From positions 12,276,001-12,340,000 of the forward strand of contig OZ249436.1 of NCBI GenBank assembly GCA_965235115.1: a DNA stretch of 64,000 nucleotides, given 5' to 3'. Under the pieces are notes generated by a model. The model was not told the origin of the DNA. It did no database searches and saw only the letters and a list, made by a program, of their open reading frames with translations. The position numbers and the translations under genes are program-made. This document shows positions 27,720-40,080 of this stretch, in pieces. This DNA comes from Laetmonice hystrix. Taxonomy: Eukaryota. Position 1 is the stretch's first letter. Every line of letters begins with the position of its first letter.

Positions 27720-28280
27720 TGAAGAGTTGAATAGAGTTACTTTCAGTAATTTTAATGATGACGTACACATCTGTGAAACAAAAAGGATTCCACCATAACA
27801 TCTCTCAACTCCTGAGTAAAGCGATTCACCCAAATTACAAAATCGTTTTTTCCCACTACCAATAATAATGTAAAGTCTGAGATCAACGAAAATAGCAATA
27901 CGCTCTGGTAGGTGGTAGCTCTGAAATATGACAGGCAGCTTTAGGAAATGATTTCCACCGCGACACAGTTGACTGATGAGACGAGTCGCATAACATCCTT
28001 CCAAGATAGCAAAGTAAGGCAAGCTGTGATAGAATGAAAATAAATGTCTTTTTTACATGAAGATGGAAGCCCAGGATGGCTGCTCCAGCCCATTCATCAT
28101 GCTGAAGGAAGCCATCTGACACAGAAACAAATTAGGGATTCAGAAACATCCGGACAATTCTCGAGGATCCAGAGGGAGGAATTCAGTGTAGGATGTAGGA
28201 TGAACCCAATGTTTCATTGTAAATGTTTGACAATGCTGATAGAAAGTTTAGTTTCCGAGGTAATGGCCACGTAGGATTAA
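27720..28280 (-). mobile_element. Decayed CR1-like endonuclease fragment
   Basis: VAITSET (cf. IAITETW), SESL, SYHLP (cf. YHPP) and IIIGSG (cf. IIxGDFN) in order. Confidence 0.25.
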
Positions 28281-28876
28281 CCAAGGTAGTGTCTTATCAT
28301 AATCAAATCCAGGCTAACTCCAGGGGGAACACGGCGTAAACCAAATTTCTGGGGGAGCATCCCACCCCCTCCCAGCGCCGCCACTTCTAATTCCTACCCC
28401 TACTTGATACATCGCTAGGCACACAGGAATTATTAAACTCGTTGCATGTCGTCCTTGCATGGCAGCACTTGGCGCACATCTACCTGTGTCACAGTTCACA
28501 TTCTCCGATTATTTCCAGCTCTTGAACACATTCATGTTATCAAGTACTACCGGTAGCTGTTTTTTAAGGTCCCAGAGCATATTTTACAGGGAAATCTGTT
28601 GTCAGCCACCAAACCCTCTCCCGATATTATGGCATGATGGATTGGCTATGAAGCACCTGCAAGCCACATTAATAAAAGATTCCATGAACCAACTGCCGTT
28701 ATGGTTCCTTCAGTCCTTCACCTAAAATAATCCGCCTATTCACCCCTGGGTGTGTTCGCCTTCGTGGCCATTGAAGGATATGTTAAATCCATTTTACATC
28801 CTGCGAGTTCAAACAGTTTGGACTCTGACCTGAACTGTTTTTCTAAAGTGGCACACATATATAAATTACTTTCAGA

Positions 28877-28974
28877 CATGCTACTATTCAGCTGATATTC
28901 TAAACTCTATTGTAAATTAATCCCATGCTACTATTCAGCTGCTATTCTAACCTCTATCGGAAATGAATCCCATG
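28877..28974. repeat. 47-bp tandem duplication
   Basis: catgctactattcagctg...aatcc occurs twice, starting at 28877 and 28924. Confidence 0.8.
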
Positions 28975-29619
28975 TTTTATCAATTCACATTTTCTCTTTC
29001 GAAAAGCCAATCAGCTTCTACTAGATTGCTTTGCCTACTAAATTTGACAGAAGGTATCGCATTGTTAATATCCTAATAAGATTTTGACGATGTAGATTAA
29101 CTTTGACCTTGAGAGTGACTTTGAATATTGGCTGGAATTCTTCGACCCTCTACGAGACTAGCCTGGGAATCTTTGCTCTTTAAAATATTACAAACCTAAT
29201 GTGAATGCCATGAGAGTCAGCCATGAGAGTCACTTACTGTAGAACGGACATTTTTACTGTGCTCGCAGAATGTGAAGTTTTGATTACAATACTTTCTATA
29301 GAGAATGAAAAACCTATTCTAATAAAGCACACTTGATGTAATCAAAGCGGCTGATGCAGGTCGAGTTGAAGGCAGGTTCAGTGAATCACTGAATGTGATA
29401 TACCATTGAAGGCGTAGCCACAGAAGCTCGCTAGCCAATCACCAATACCGATGGTCTCAGTCCCCGCAATCACCGATACTGATGGTTACGGCCCCGGCCA
29501 TCTCCGATACTGATGGGAAGACCTTTTCTACTGTCTGTCGTTCCCGCCAGCCTCTTCCCGGAATTTCTCTGATCTTTGACCTTCATGCGACAAAGGCCAC
29601 GGTTCACGTTCAAATGTGC

Positions 29620-30370
29620 AGGACGAATGGAGAACAGGAATTACAAGGAAGTAGATGACATGGCAGAACAATACAATGCATTTCGAGCAACGCAGCATTA
29701 CGATTAAGCTCTATTATGCTGGAGAGTTGGGAAAGTGGGTTCCTTCGGAAGGGACCACTGCCCACGGCATTCCTGGACACACCAGCGACCAAGCCCCTCT
29801 GTCCCCTAGCTGTCCCGGTCCCGTCCTATAGCAAGGGTACGCTATATCGTTTTATAAATGCAAGCAGCTGACGACAGCCTGTCGTGCTGACTTTGGAGGT
29901 GGTTTCCATGATTCAGATCGCCATCCTTCCTGAATCTCATGTAAATTTCAGGGACGTCCCTCGTGACTTCTTATGCTGTTTCCATCTCATGAATTCTATA
30001 CATTTCGTTCCCCCTAGAGGAATCGCTTCTACTTATCTGGTCCAAACATGTCATGTATTAGTGATCACTTCTTCTGAGACGTGTGTAACTTAACGAAAGA
30101 CGAGAACGACAATCGAATCAGATCTCCTCAGGTCACTCCTCTCCCACATTACCCAACAAGACTCATTTAATCATGTCACATGTACGGTGTCCTGCCAGTT
30201 GGAATTTCCCTATTGCCTACATCCATCAGAAGTCAACTGAAGTGTCAGGAAGGGGAAATGTTATCATGAAGTGTTGGTGGTCACTTCATGACCACACCAC
30301 GCACCTACTGATGAGGAGAGTGGTGCCCACATCTGGCTTGCCTGGTCACGACATTTTCTCCAGGCCATGA
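29620..30370 (+). mobile_element. Decayed Gypsy gag/protease-like remnant
   Basis: Zinc-knuckle-like FYKCKQ near 29850 and VVPTSGLPGHDIFSRP (cf. VxxxLPxxxILGRD) near 30330. Confidence 0.25.
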
Positions 30371-30770
30371 CAAAGCCCTGCATCCTGTGACCTATCAATC
30401 AGCCTTCAAATATCAGATTACCGCTTTGACGAGATACTGTTGAATATTCAAGCGTTTTTTCGCATCCTCTCGACCAACAGCTTTGTTTCCAGACGTACCC
30501 CTTCATGGTACACTGCCACAATAATGTAAATCCCATTCAGAGATGACCCAACATTCACCCACGGATCACAATATCATCAAGCCTCACGCAAATTCTCTAC
30601 AAAGAAATGTGCGTGTATCATAATGCGTTTTTAAATAAAACCAATAAATTACCTTTAGATCCAAAGTGCCCGAATCCTTATAAATTACACTTGTGACGTT
30701 GTTCTGACAGACAGCAGAAAAAACTGCTGCAGGCCGATGTTCACACTCCTGCCAATTGGTCACAACCGTA

Positions 30771-31019
30771 CTGCCGTGAAGTGACAAAAGGAAGCAAGTC
30801 CAAAAGTTCAAGTTTCGAGAAATGGACATAAACAAGCTGTCTCTACAGTGCAGTTGGATGGACATGCTTGCTTCTGTCATGCGACTGATAGCTTCATAGA
30901 AGGATGTTTAGCAGAAATACACCCATTGATAGATAGGGCTTACTTCCCTGAATCCAAATTTACACTTAAGTCGATTTTGATGAAAGTTGGACTTGCTTCC
31001 TTTTGTCATTTCATGGCAG
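30771..31019. mobile_element. 249-bp MITE, copy 1 (33-bp TIR, 4-bp TSD CGTA)
   Basis: TIR ctgccgtgaa(g/a)tgacaaaaggaagcaagtccaa at both ends with 2 mismatches. Flanks cgta at 30767-30770 and 31020-31023. Near-identical to 36958-37206. Confidence 0.95.
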
Positions 31020-31039
31020 CGTAGAGCTAGGCACTACAT

Positions 31040-31750
31040 ATTAGCCCGTTTTAGCAAATATACGTCTAAATCTTGCTTTTTTCCTAAGATCTACAATGAT
31101 CTTTTTAGATGCCACAGTGTTGCATAGTTTTCTGGCCGTGTGGATTAATTTCTAACTCGGATATCATAATTAATTAAAATCTTAGTCTTTGGTATTACGT
31201 CAACTACTATCATGGCCATTGGAATTAAATAAGGGTTTCTTCATTGGTTTCTTGAAAACTCTTCCAAATTTATCTGCTTTCAATGGTGTGAACGCCCTTT
31301 CCAATTAAATGAATAATGTAAAACTACTCCCCCCACACGGATGGTGCTAGTACTTCAACGTATAAAAAAATCTGACTGTCGACAAGCGCCAATTAGAAAT
31401 TTGGTACCTTGCTCGAAAAAACAAACATTGCTCCAGTATCCAAACTGACGATTTCTCGGCCTCTTGTGGAAGTACTGTAGGATTAGATTATTGCCAATGG
31501 TGTATTAAATTTTCCTAAGACAGATTGAGAACTGTCCCTTCTCCAGTTTTTCCACTGCTTGTGAACTATAAGAATGTATTCATAATAAATGCTTATTAGG
31601 TTACTCCTGAATTAATTAGCTTTTTTCGTGAATAGCGACTTGAGTCTAAATAGGTCTAATAAATAAAAAATCTCCCCAAGGTAGGCTCGAACAGCACTCT
31701 CCTGAAAGGTTCCTATTCATTTTCACCTTTCAATCGATATTTCAAATAGT
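31040..31750 (-). mobile_element. Decayed CR1 RT 3' fragment
   Basis: LKY*HHPCG / APSVWG (cf. LEYAxPVW), followed by sequence laid out like LExVQxRATK...YxERL. Confidence 0.3.
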
Positions 31751-32699
31751 CACATATAATATACAATACAGATAATGTACTTCTGCATCATTTTCATGGG
31801 AATGATCGCGTTTTAACCCCTGCCCGTTTGCATGATTCAAAGCATTGCGTGTTTCAGTCCTGAAACGGCCAATGACACGATACCAGTGGATTGTTTATGG
31901 AGACGTCATGGCTCGCCCTGGGCAGAGCGTCAACAAGAGACTGCTGGAAGCCATGAATGGGCACAATATTTGGCTGGTATGGGCAGCCAAAGCCATTCCT
32001 TGTCATAACTCCATTATGTAGAGGGCATTACCTCAGTTAGATTACCTGCTTGTCTGCACTGTTATTCTGGTCAGCCACTGGCAAGAGGATGTGATGCCAC
32101 AGCAATTGTGCCGCCACCTACTTAGACCAAACAGTGTTCTATTGTATTATGGGACTATTTATGGTACCTCATACACATGTTCCGTCTCCCAGCTTGCTCC
32201 CCTGGTTCTGCACATAACACTGCCACTTTCCCTTAATTCCAGAGCAGCGCTATCAAATTTTCAGTACATAAATACATTGTAATGATGTTACGTCCCAGAA
32301 TAAGTATTAAAAAACTGATATTTTACTCTAAAAACACTTAGGCCTACAACATAATACGAGTTACCTTGCTGACCTTCGAAACACTCCTGAGGGGAGAAAC
32401 AAACGATTGCCTTTCTACCCGACTGAAAATACCAACGCGATGTGTGTTGTTGTCCTGGCACGAATGTAAAGCCCAGATTAATGTGTGCAGTGACGGCCCC
32501 CTTCCAATCTTAACAGTTTAAATTCCTACCTTCCACCGATCTTTGGCACAGGTTAAGTGACAGGCACCGGCTCCAGCGGAACCTTTCAATGTTAAGCGGA
32601 GATCTCGATCGAAATCCATTCTACCTCGAGCTATCACTCATATCGGTACTTGGCGCTGTTCCTTACGCCTGGCCACTTATTTGTTGCCTAAGCCACAGA

Positions 32700-33100
32700 T
32701 CATTTGATGAAGTAGCCGATGATTTCGGGTTGCATGCCCGCGATGCAGCTTTTTGATGCCATCATGCAGCGTTTCCCAAAGACCAGAGATGTCTCATCGG
32801 ATGACAAATTGCAAAAGGTTAACAATCTAAGTCAGTTCAATCATTCAAAAGGTTGATGAAGGGCATTTTTTGTACTTATACCAACAGTGGAGTAAGGCAT
32901 ATACAATGTATATTGTATGTATGAAGGAATTCAGATGGAGTATTAAAAACCCATGCGCAGTTCGTACTATTATAATTACAGATACCCTTTGGTGTCCAAG
33001 CCTCTGGGGTATTCCGTTATTTATTACTCTAGTGATTAACGTTATCTGATTAAAAAATCTGTTTTTTTTAATGAGCGTTCTTTTTTCTTCATTTGTCAAA
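32700..33100 (+). mobile_element. Decayed CR1/L2 RT fragment
   Basis: QKVDEGHFL (cf. FDKVDHxIL), then GVQASG and PLFITLVIN (cf. GVPQGS, PLLFIIYIND). Confidence 0.3.
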
Positions 33101-33419
33101 GAGATCTCCTTGCCGCGTTGTCAGTGCTACCGGTTCTGTCCAAATAACGTTCACCTTAGACGGTGCGTGAAAAGGGGCACGTCTTTCCATTTCAAAAAAG
33201 CTTAAAACGTCTTCTGAAAGGTTGACATATGAAGCGATTAACTTGTCACAACCGTAGTTCACTTTCAATCGAGAGTCAATCACAGCTTTTCTGTTTACGA
33301 CGAATGACTCTTCGTGATGGAAACCTTCTCTTCGTGACTGACGGATTCCATTTGGACGGGCAGCAAAAGCTGATGATTTTTATCACCTTTCTAGTATCAA
33401 GTACGACACAAGTCACCAT

Positions 33420-33468
33420 CGAGAGAGAAAGAGAGGGAGAGAGAGCGGAGAGATACAGGGGGGGGAGA
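33420..33468. repeat. (GA)n microsatellite abutting the assembly gap
   Basis: gagagagaaagagagggagagagag... runs into the N block and resumes as gcagagaga after it. Confidence 0.85.
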
Positions 33469-33657
33469 NNNNNNNNNNNNNNNNNNNNNNNNNNNNNNNN
33501 NNNNNNNNNNNNNNNNNNNNNNNNNNNNNNNNNNNNNNNNNNNNNNNNNNNNNNNNNNNNNNNNNNNNNNNNNNNNNNNNNNNNNNNNNNNNNNNNNNNN
33601 NNNNNNNNNNNNNNNNNNNNNNNNNNNNNNNNNNNNNNNNNNNNNNNNNNNNNNNNN
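33469..33657. other. Assembly gap (189 N)
   Basis: Run of N from 33469 to 33657. Confidence 1.
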
Positions 33658-35269
33658 GCAGAGAGATCTTATGTTAGCAACAATTTTCGTCTACTAATTC
33701 CGAGATGTATCTATTATGTGCCTGCAGACATCAAATGAATTGGGATCTGATGTATATGCCATCAAATTAAGCACTCGCTTGCTGGAATTAATTCCTTAGC
33801 ATCTTTTTGTCACGTGTTGCCTTCTTTTGGAGCCAAGAGAATTTTCTTACGAGTTAGCGTATACCACACTGCCCTTTATCAAGCTTCATAATTATGTTTC
33901 TGCTCAAAGAACTAATTAGATCTATTCTATAAACTTTATGTAATAACTGCAGGCCATAAATTACTCGTGTATATTACTGAGATATTATCTGTACAGTAAA
34001 ATCCCCACAGAAGAAAAACTTTTGGTATTGAAAAGAACTGTTCTCCATATTGACATGTTACTTATCACAGTTGTTTTTACTGTATCTTTATCTGATTACG
34101 GTTCATTACCATCCTGTTATACTGAACATCAACTTACTGCAGCGAATTTATGCTGTGCAAAAAGAACATTTTTAAAGTCTCTGGAAAATAATTATGTTAG
34201 CCCCTGTCGATGAAAGGCTATACATGCATGTTGTTTTCATACAGATTATTACTGCATAGGAAACCGCCCAGTTTGCCGCAGCAATCATGTTGGGCTAGCA
34301 TCTACATGTGTATAGCATGACAGAACACATCTGGTAACGACCTTAACACGGATACATGCAATAAATCTACCGTGGAAAGATGCTTACTGCCCAATGGGAT
34401 CCAGTGAGACATAATTAATACCAGCTCCTTCATTCTGGCGCCTGCCTTTAAGGGCTGCTGCAGCTTTGCCGATCTGACTTAGCCCAACATAATTTACATG
34501 CACTGAGATTTCCAAGCCCGTCACATGGCTCGATTTACTGCACTGAGGAGAATCCACTGGGACGAAAAACTCGAGGAAAACAAATTCAATTCTCCAATTA
34601 TCAGGAGTCTCCTTCTGCCCATCTCCCGCCCGTCCCTGGTGGAAGGGGGAGCCCGGCCAAACCAGTCCTCTGTAGATTGCACTGCTCTATGAGATCAAAG
34701 AATTCAAAGTCACACACTGGTTCTCTTTTGACATGGGGCTGCTGTGGAACTAACAGTAAACTCATGGTGGGCGGCACGGCACTGTCGATGGCTTAGATCG
34801 TATGTTATGAAATCAACTGGACCAAATATCGTGTATGGTGGTTGGATAATACTCTGTGTGAATGTTGAACTTTTCTATAAAGAATGTAGAAATCTCCACT
34901 CTGTCTCTCGATGTTTTTACTTGATCCGATGGGTCATAAACAGGATAAAGTGGGAACTAGTTCCTTATACGGTGCAGCTAATTTGGTATGCCATTATTCA
35001 CACCAGTTTTCTCTGGTCTGTTGACAGAATTTCATGGAGAATGAATAACCCGGGGAAATGAAGATAAATTGCTTACAATAATAATTCTAGTTTCTGTAAT
35101 ATAAAACCTCTAGTATAAGACCGCTTTCAGACAAGTCTTGTGTCGCCTGCTGGGGCTAGCTTTGAAGTGTGTAGTGACTAATTGTGACCCAGTGGCCGGC
35201 CAGTGCTCTAACTGGCAAATTACGTTACCCGACTCGGCCCACAGAACGCTACGATGATTGTGCATGTGC

Positions 35270-35560
35270 AGGAATTAACCGTGCTACATCTCCCGGCGAA
35301 GCTGGAATACCTCCGACATTTCTAATTATAAAGAAACCAATAAGTCCCATGTTGTGGCTACGAAATGGCAAAGCCTACTTCTCTTCCTTCTCGATTTTAT
35401 ATTTTGGAAGTGGCAAATGTCAGATCTGCTAATTGGATCTATCAGGAGCGTATTGAGTCAGGTGACAACCCATATTATAACAAGGGAGGCGATCCCAGTG
35501 TTTGGTGCCATGCAGGGAGTCTTTTCTATATTTAAATGAACTAGTTCTTTTTAAAATGCA
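35270..35560 (+). mobile_element. Decayed CR1 RT fragment
   Basis: TSPGEAGIPPTFL...ISPML (cf. KSPGPDGIPxxFL...IxPxL), then EVANV (cf. WKxANV). Confidence 0.35.
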
Positions 35561-36149
35561 GCATTTAGAAAATTTCAACAGCAGTATTTTTACGTTTCAT
35601 TCTGCCAAACTCAGGCCAGAAAGATCGTCATCAAACTATATTGTTATTTCTTCCGAAACATTTCCTCCGTTGTGAAGAAATTTAAGTACAAAATGTGGTA
35701 TGCCATTATTACAGCATCCTTCACTCCACAACCGCCTCAAGGCTTGGGAGTAACTTGTTACATTTACCTTAGTTTTTTTTGTTTTTTGTTTTTTGTTTGG
35801 GGGGGGGGGGGGTCGAAGCATACCCGTACTTATATATTAATCAATATACGCAATGTGACGAATGGGTAAGTGGGTACTTAATTAAATGGGGTTTCTCCTT
35901 TATGCATAAACAATCCCCTCCGGAAGTTTAAGGCAGTTATACCCATTGTTTACCGTAATAAAAATGACCTAAAAGAGTTATACATTTTCATATTCTGTTC
36001 ACACTTTAGCAGTGAATTACACTTGCAACCATCTATTCCGGTCTATGCGTGCATAAGCATCACAGGTCAATTACAATAAAAGAATGGGATGTGACCTTCA
36101 GCAGGACCAGCACGAAGTAACAGCACATACACTGCTGATGTCAAATATT

Positions 36150-36450
36150 TAAACTGTGTCAGTGTGATCAAGACTCGTCGTGACCGGTTCCATGGTCGAC
36201 GTTGCCGTGTTTGACTGCAGGAGGCAGGCACTCTGACACTGGTGATAGCGGAACGTCATTCCACGTCTCCTGTCTGCCAGATAAACCGCCTCACCTCTCA
36301 CCCAGCGGCCGGGGCGGGATGAACCTGGGGTGCTGCCCGTGTGTAGATTGGGCTCCTTATATACAGAAACAGCCTGATATTGGTTGTTTAATGTGACAAG
36401 GTGTACGACTCCCGACGATTCTGAACAGTTGGGGCCACCATTCCTATGCA
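36150..36450 (-). mobile_element. Decayed RTE-like 3' fragment
   Basis: EPNLHTG...SRPGRW...LADRRRG resembles WxPxHG..GRP..W...AxDRxxW. Confidence 0.3.
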
Positions 36451-36957
36451 TAGGAATGCCCGTACTCCAAATTTAGTTGTCCCGGCTGCCATTTGTCAGG
36501 GGCTGGGCGCCTACCCTGGTTGAATGTCGACGAGCTCCCATGGGACTAGTTGCCTGAGGAAGCTTGGTTAAGGCCTAATAAAAAGGGCGATTTGAAGAGG
36601 TGTGACAGGAGGCACTCTGCGAGACAGATGGAACCGTATGGAGAACGCTCACGGCAAACGCTTGTCTTTTATTAGTTTTAAATTCCTTGGGCCACAGATA
36701 AAGCTGTATTGTGAATGAAAGACTGGGATTTTAATCTAATATTTGTTCTTAGTGCATTATCTACAATTCTTTCAGTAGAAGTAAAATTGGATTGCAACAA
36801 AGGACACTGCGCTGTGAACAAATATAATGTAAATAAATATAATATACATATTTAAGTTAACTGTTCTTGCGCAATTCCGACAGCTACTTCTTTAAAACAA
36901 AGGATCTCTAAGAGAAATACCCGGTGGAGGTAAACTTCAGGAGGCTGAGGATGTATT

Positions 36958-37206
36958 CTGCCGTGAAATGACAAAAGGAAGCAAGTCCAAAAGTTCACGT
37001 TTCGAGAAATGGACATAAACAAGTTGTCTCTACAGTGCAGTTGGATGGACATGCTTCCTTCTGTCATGTGACTGATAGCTTCATAGAAGGATGTTTAGCA
37101 GAAATACACCCATTGATAGATAGGGCTTACTTCCCTGAATCCAAATTTACACTAAAGTCGATTTTGATGAAAGTTGGACTTGCTTCCTTTTGTCATTTCA
37201 CGGCAG
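36958..37206. mobile_element. 249-bp MITE, copy 2 (perfect 33-bp TIR, 4-bp TSD TATT)
   Basis: TIR ctgccgtgaaatgacaaaaggaagcaagtccaa is perfect at both ends. Flanks tatt at 36954-36957 and 37207-37210. I count 7 substitutions versus copy 1. Confidence 0.95.
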
Positions 37207-38329
37207 TATTGAACCCCATGGATCTGTCTACTGCTGACTCAATGGCTATCATTTTCCTAGACCAACCGTTCCCCCAGATTTCAGTTCGTTGGTCTATACC
37301 GAGGTCACCTCGACTGACGGCCTTGTCCTGGGGTCAGCTTGGGTTCACTCAATCCCCTTTAGTGACTGCGGTCAACGTCCAGATTTTCAATTTGGCGAAT
37401 ACATAAACCCCATTATAAATCTGCCAGCCTCAACGTCTGTCAGCACTGACATCACTGAGAGAAACGTGCCGCCTCAAGACCAGCCACACCGTCACTAAAT
37501 AATTACAATTCCGTATGGCCCTGGTTTTACCCAGGATGTGTGTTTACATGTGAATGTTGACATGTGGTTTAGCAGCACACACATGGAGGAAAGCACACAA
37601 TACCATTTGTACCAGTGGATGACGACACTCATACAATAACAAAGGATTTCCATAGCATGTTCTGTTCACCCTCACCGAGGCATGACATGTCCATGACCGA
37701 CATCAGCACGATTAGTCTGTCAGTATGATTTCAGGGAAATGTTGGCTCAGTTCAGTGAATCCACCACTGGGAAAAAAAGGGTTCCGGTTCACAAAGATTT
37801 GTCCCCACTATCGAATGTGCACCTGTCCACCTCCAAATCCTTTGTTTTCAAGGAAGCACAAGTTTCACTTGGTGTATCATAATAATCAGATGGGAACTTA
37901 ATATGCTACTGTGGCGCGATACGGCAGATGTCACCAGAACAGACTGAGTTGGTCGTAAATTATGAGATCACCGATTTCACCCCGACCGTCGAGCTTGGGA
38001 GCCATGACCATGCTGACCACCTTGGCAGCAGTTGGAGGTTCAAATATCTAAGAACAATTTTCTGACCTGAATGACGTCATAGAATGCCCTGCCGACAAAG
38101 CATTTGTGGCTAGTTCTTGTGGCTAGGCCAGAATCTTGCGACAAAAACATCGCCTGTTTTTCTGGCCAGTGAAAGATTTTCAATATCAAAGCCTGAGTAA
38201 TATGAAGTAATTAAACTGAAAATTTACACTTCAAAGTTTCAAAGAATACGTGCTCCCGGAGGGTCATCAGTCTTTCGAACGGCAACCTTTCCACTCGTGT
38301 ATTCTTAAAAGATTCCTTCAAGCACTAAT

Positions 38330-38800
38330 CAATTCCAGCTTAATGCACCTCGAGAGACTGCGGTGTCTAGAGATGCATTCACTACCTTGAGACCATGCCC
38401 TTCCCAATCCAGGCAGTTTGTATGTTTGTACGCAGTTCGGTGCGGGGAAGAGGGTGGGACCCGAGGGAGTTTGAGTTTTTCCCCACTAAAGCTAGCAGTC
38501 AATAACATCTCACCATTCACTGCCGAAGGACAAATCGATGTACATGGGGAATAATTGTTTCCGAAGTCGTACATGTGTCACTTATGGTGGCGGGCGGTGA
38601 CAGGAACAGATACTCACCTCTCTACTAGTCCTGCTCCTAGAGAATTAGCCTGCATGGGTCTCCTGGTGGGAGAGACGAGCTTGGCAATGCTCCTGGCATC
38701 CCTAAAAGCATTATCGTTTACTAGTGGCATGGAGCAAACTAACATTTGTTCAGTTTACGTAATTTACGTTCAGTCCAACGTAGGCAGCGAAATTTCTTCC
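38330..38800 (-). mobile_element. Decayed RTE RT fragment (domains 2-3)
   Basis: QETHAG*FSRSRTS (cf. EQAGFRxGRS), PMYIDLSF (cf. PLYxxFIDFxKAFD) and L*WGK..P (cf. LWxxL..GxP). Confidence 0.45.
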
Positions 38801-39659
38801 ACCGTGGTGTTCAAACACTTTTTATAAAAGATATTCCTTTTTCTATTTTCAGAGATTTGTTTCCTTGTAGGTAATTTAAAGAATTAGCTGTCATGATTAA
38901 AATGATTATCTTATCTTCTGATCATGTTTTATGAGAAAAAGAGATTTGCCTTTGATTCCGTTTTTGTAACATGTATCTCCACTGCACTCCCTCTAACGTA
39001 ATGCAATATAATCCGTGAAATGCAATTTCATTTCTTGATTAAGATTATAGTACCTGACATAAGGACCCCAAATTGTGACCAGAGCTACATGAAGACTAGG
39101 TAATGGAGACGAACCCGTTCCAACTGCAGAAACCTTAAAATATGCTACCTCCCTCTGCTGGAGACATGAAACAGATTGGGGTTCCAATTGTGCATCCATG
39201 GTATTAATCCAACAACCAATATGAACCAAATATTAGGGCTGTGAACCTTTTTAGCTTTTAATGTGACTTCCAAGTGATTACTTATTAACCATATGACCAA
39301 GCTAACTCCGACGGAGATCCCTGCTGGCGCAGAGTAATACTTTGCTCAGCCACGTACTTCGAATTTCATTTTCCAATCTTTTAATGAAGATTCCCCTTAA
39401 GGAAATTCAATAACGCTGTAAAGCAGGTCACTCCGGCCGGAGAATCCTTAAGGTCGCTGCGGTTGCATAGCACTCGCCAAGATCAGGTTTTCATTGCAAA
39501 TATACAATTTGGCTTTAGAATTACCAAGTCATATCGGCAATTCCCTCCTTTTTATTCTTTACATAACCTTCATTAAAATTAATGTCTCCTGAGTGTTTCT
39601 TTGATATTCGAGGGAATGCGGAGTACCGTAATCAATCTATTCCCGACACTGCCTTATAT

Positions 39660-40080
39660 AAAGCTACGGTTACACACTCCTTGCGACTGGGTTGCGACCG
39701 GTGATCGCAGCCACTCGCATATATGAAATCGCAGGGGGTCGTGTGGTGTTTGCACGGCGGTTACGGTGGTTATAGAGAGGTCTCAATGGCTGAAAAATCG
39801 CAAGAAGGGCTTACTTGCTGCACGTTAAACCTCTGTGAATTGTTTTTGTCATGGAGCGGTGTGCGTGCAGTATACGACCGGTTGCAGGCAGTTGTCGGCT
39901 ATCACAGACCATTTTTTGGGGCACAGGTTGTCTCCAAGCAGTTGACGTGCTGTCTGCGTCTTATCTGCGACTATATGAGTCTAGATTGCCACCACTCTCC
40001 AACCACTCGCAGGATAGTCTCCAACTGCTGTGCGATCACCCTGCCACGAGTCTGCGACCTATCTCAGATCACGTGATCCA
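39660..40080. mobile_element. Probable non-autonomous Harbinger-like element, one end only
   Basis: Begins taaagctacggttacacac (cf. GCTxCGGTxACAC-type Harbinger ends) and is built of dispersed tgcgac/tcgca motifs. No second end found. Confidence 0.35.

Noticed and set aside
33229-33738. 169-aa ORF
   Set aside because: Artefact of translation through a GA microsatellite and the N gap.
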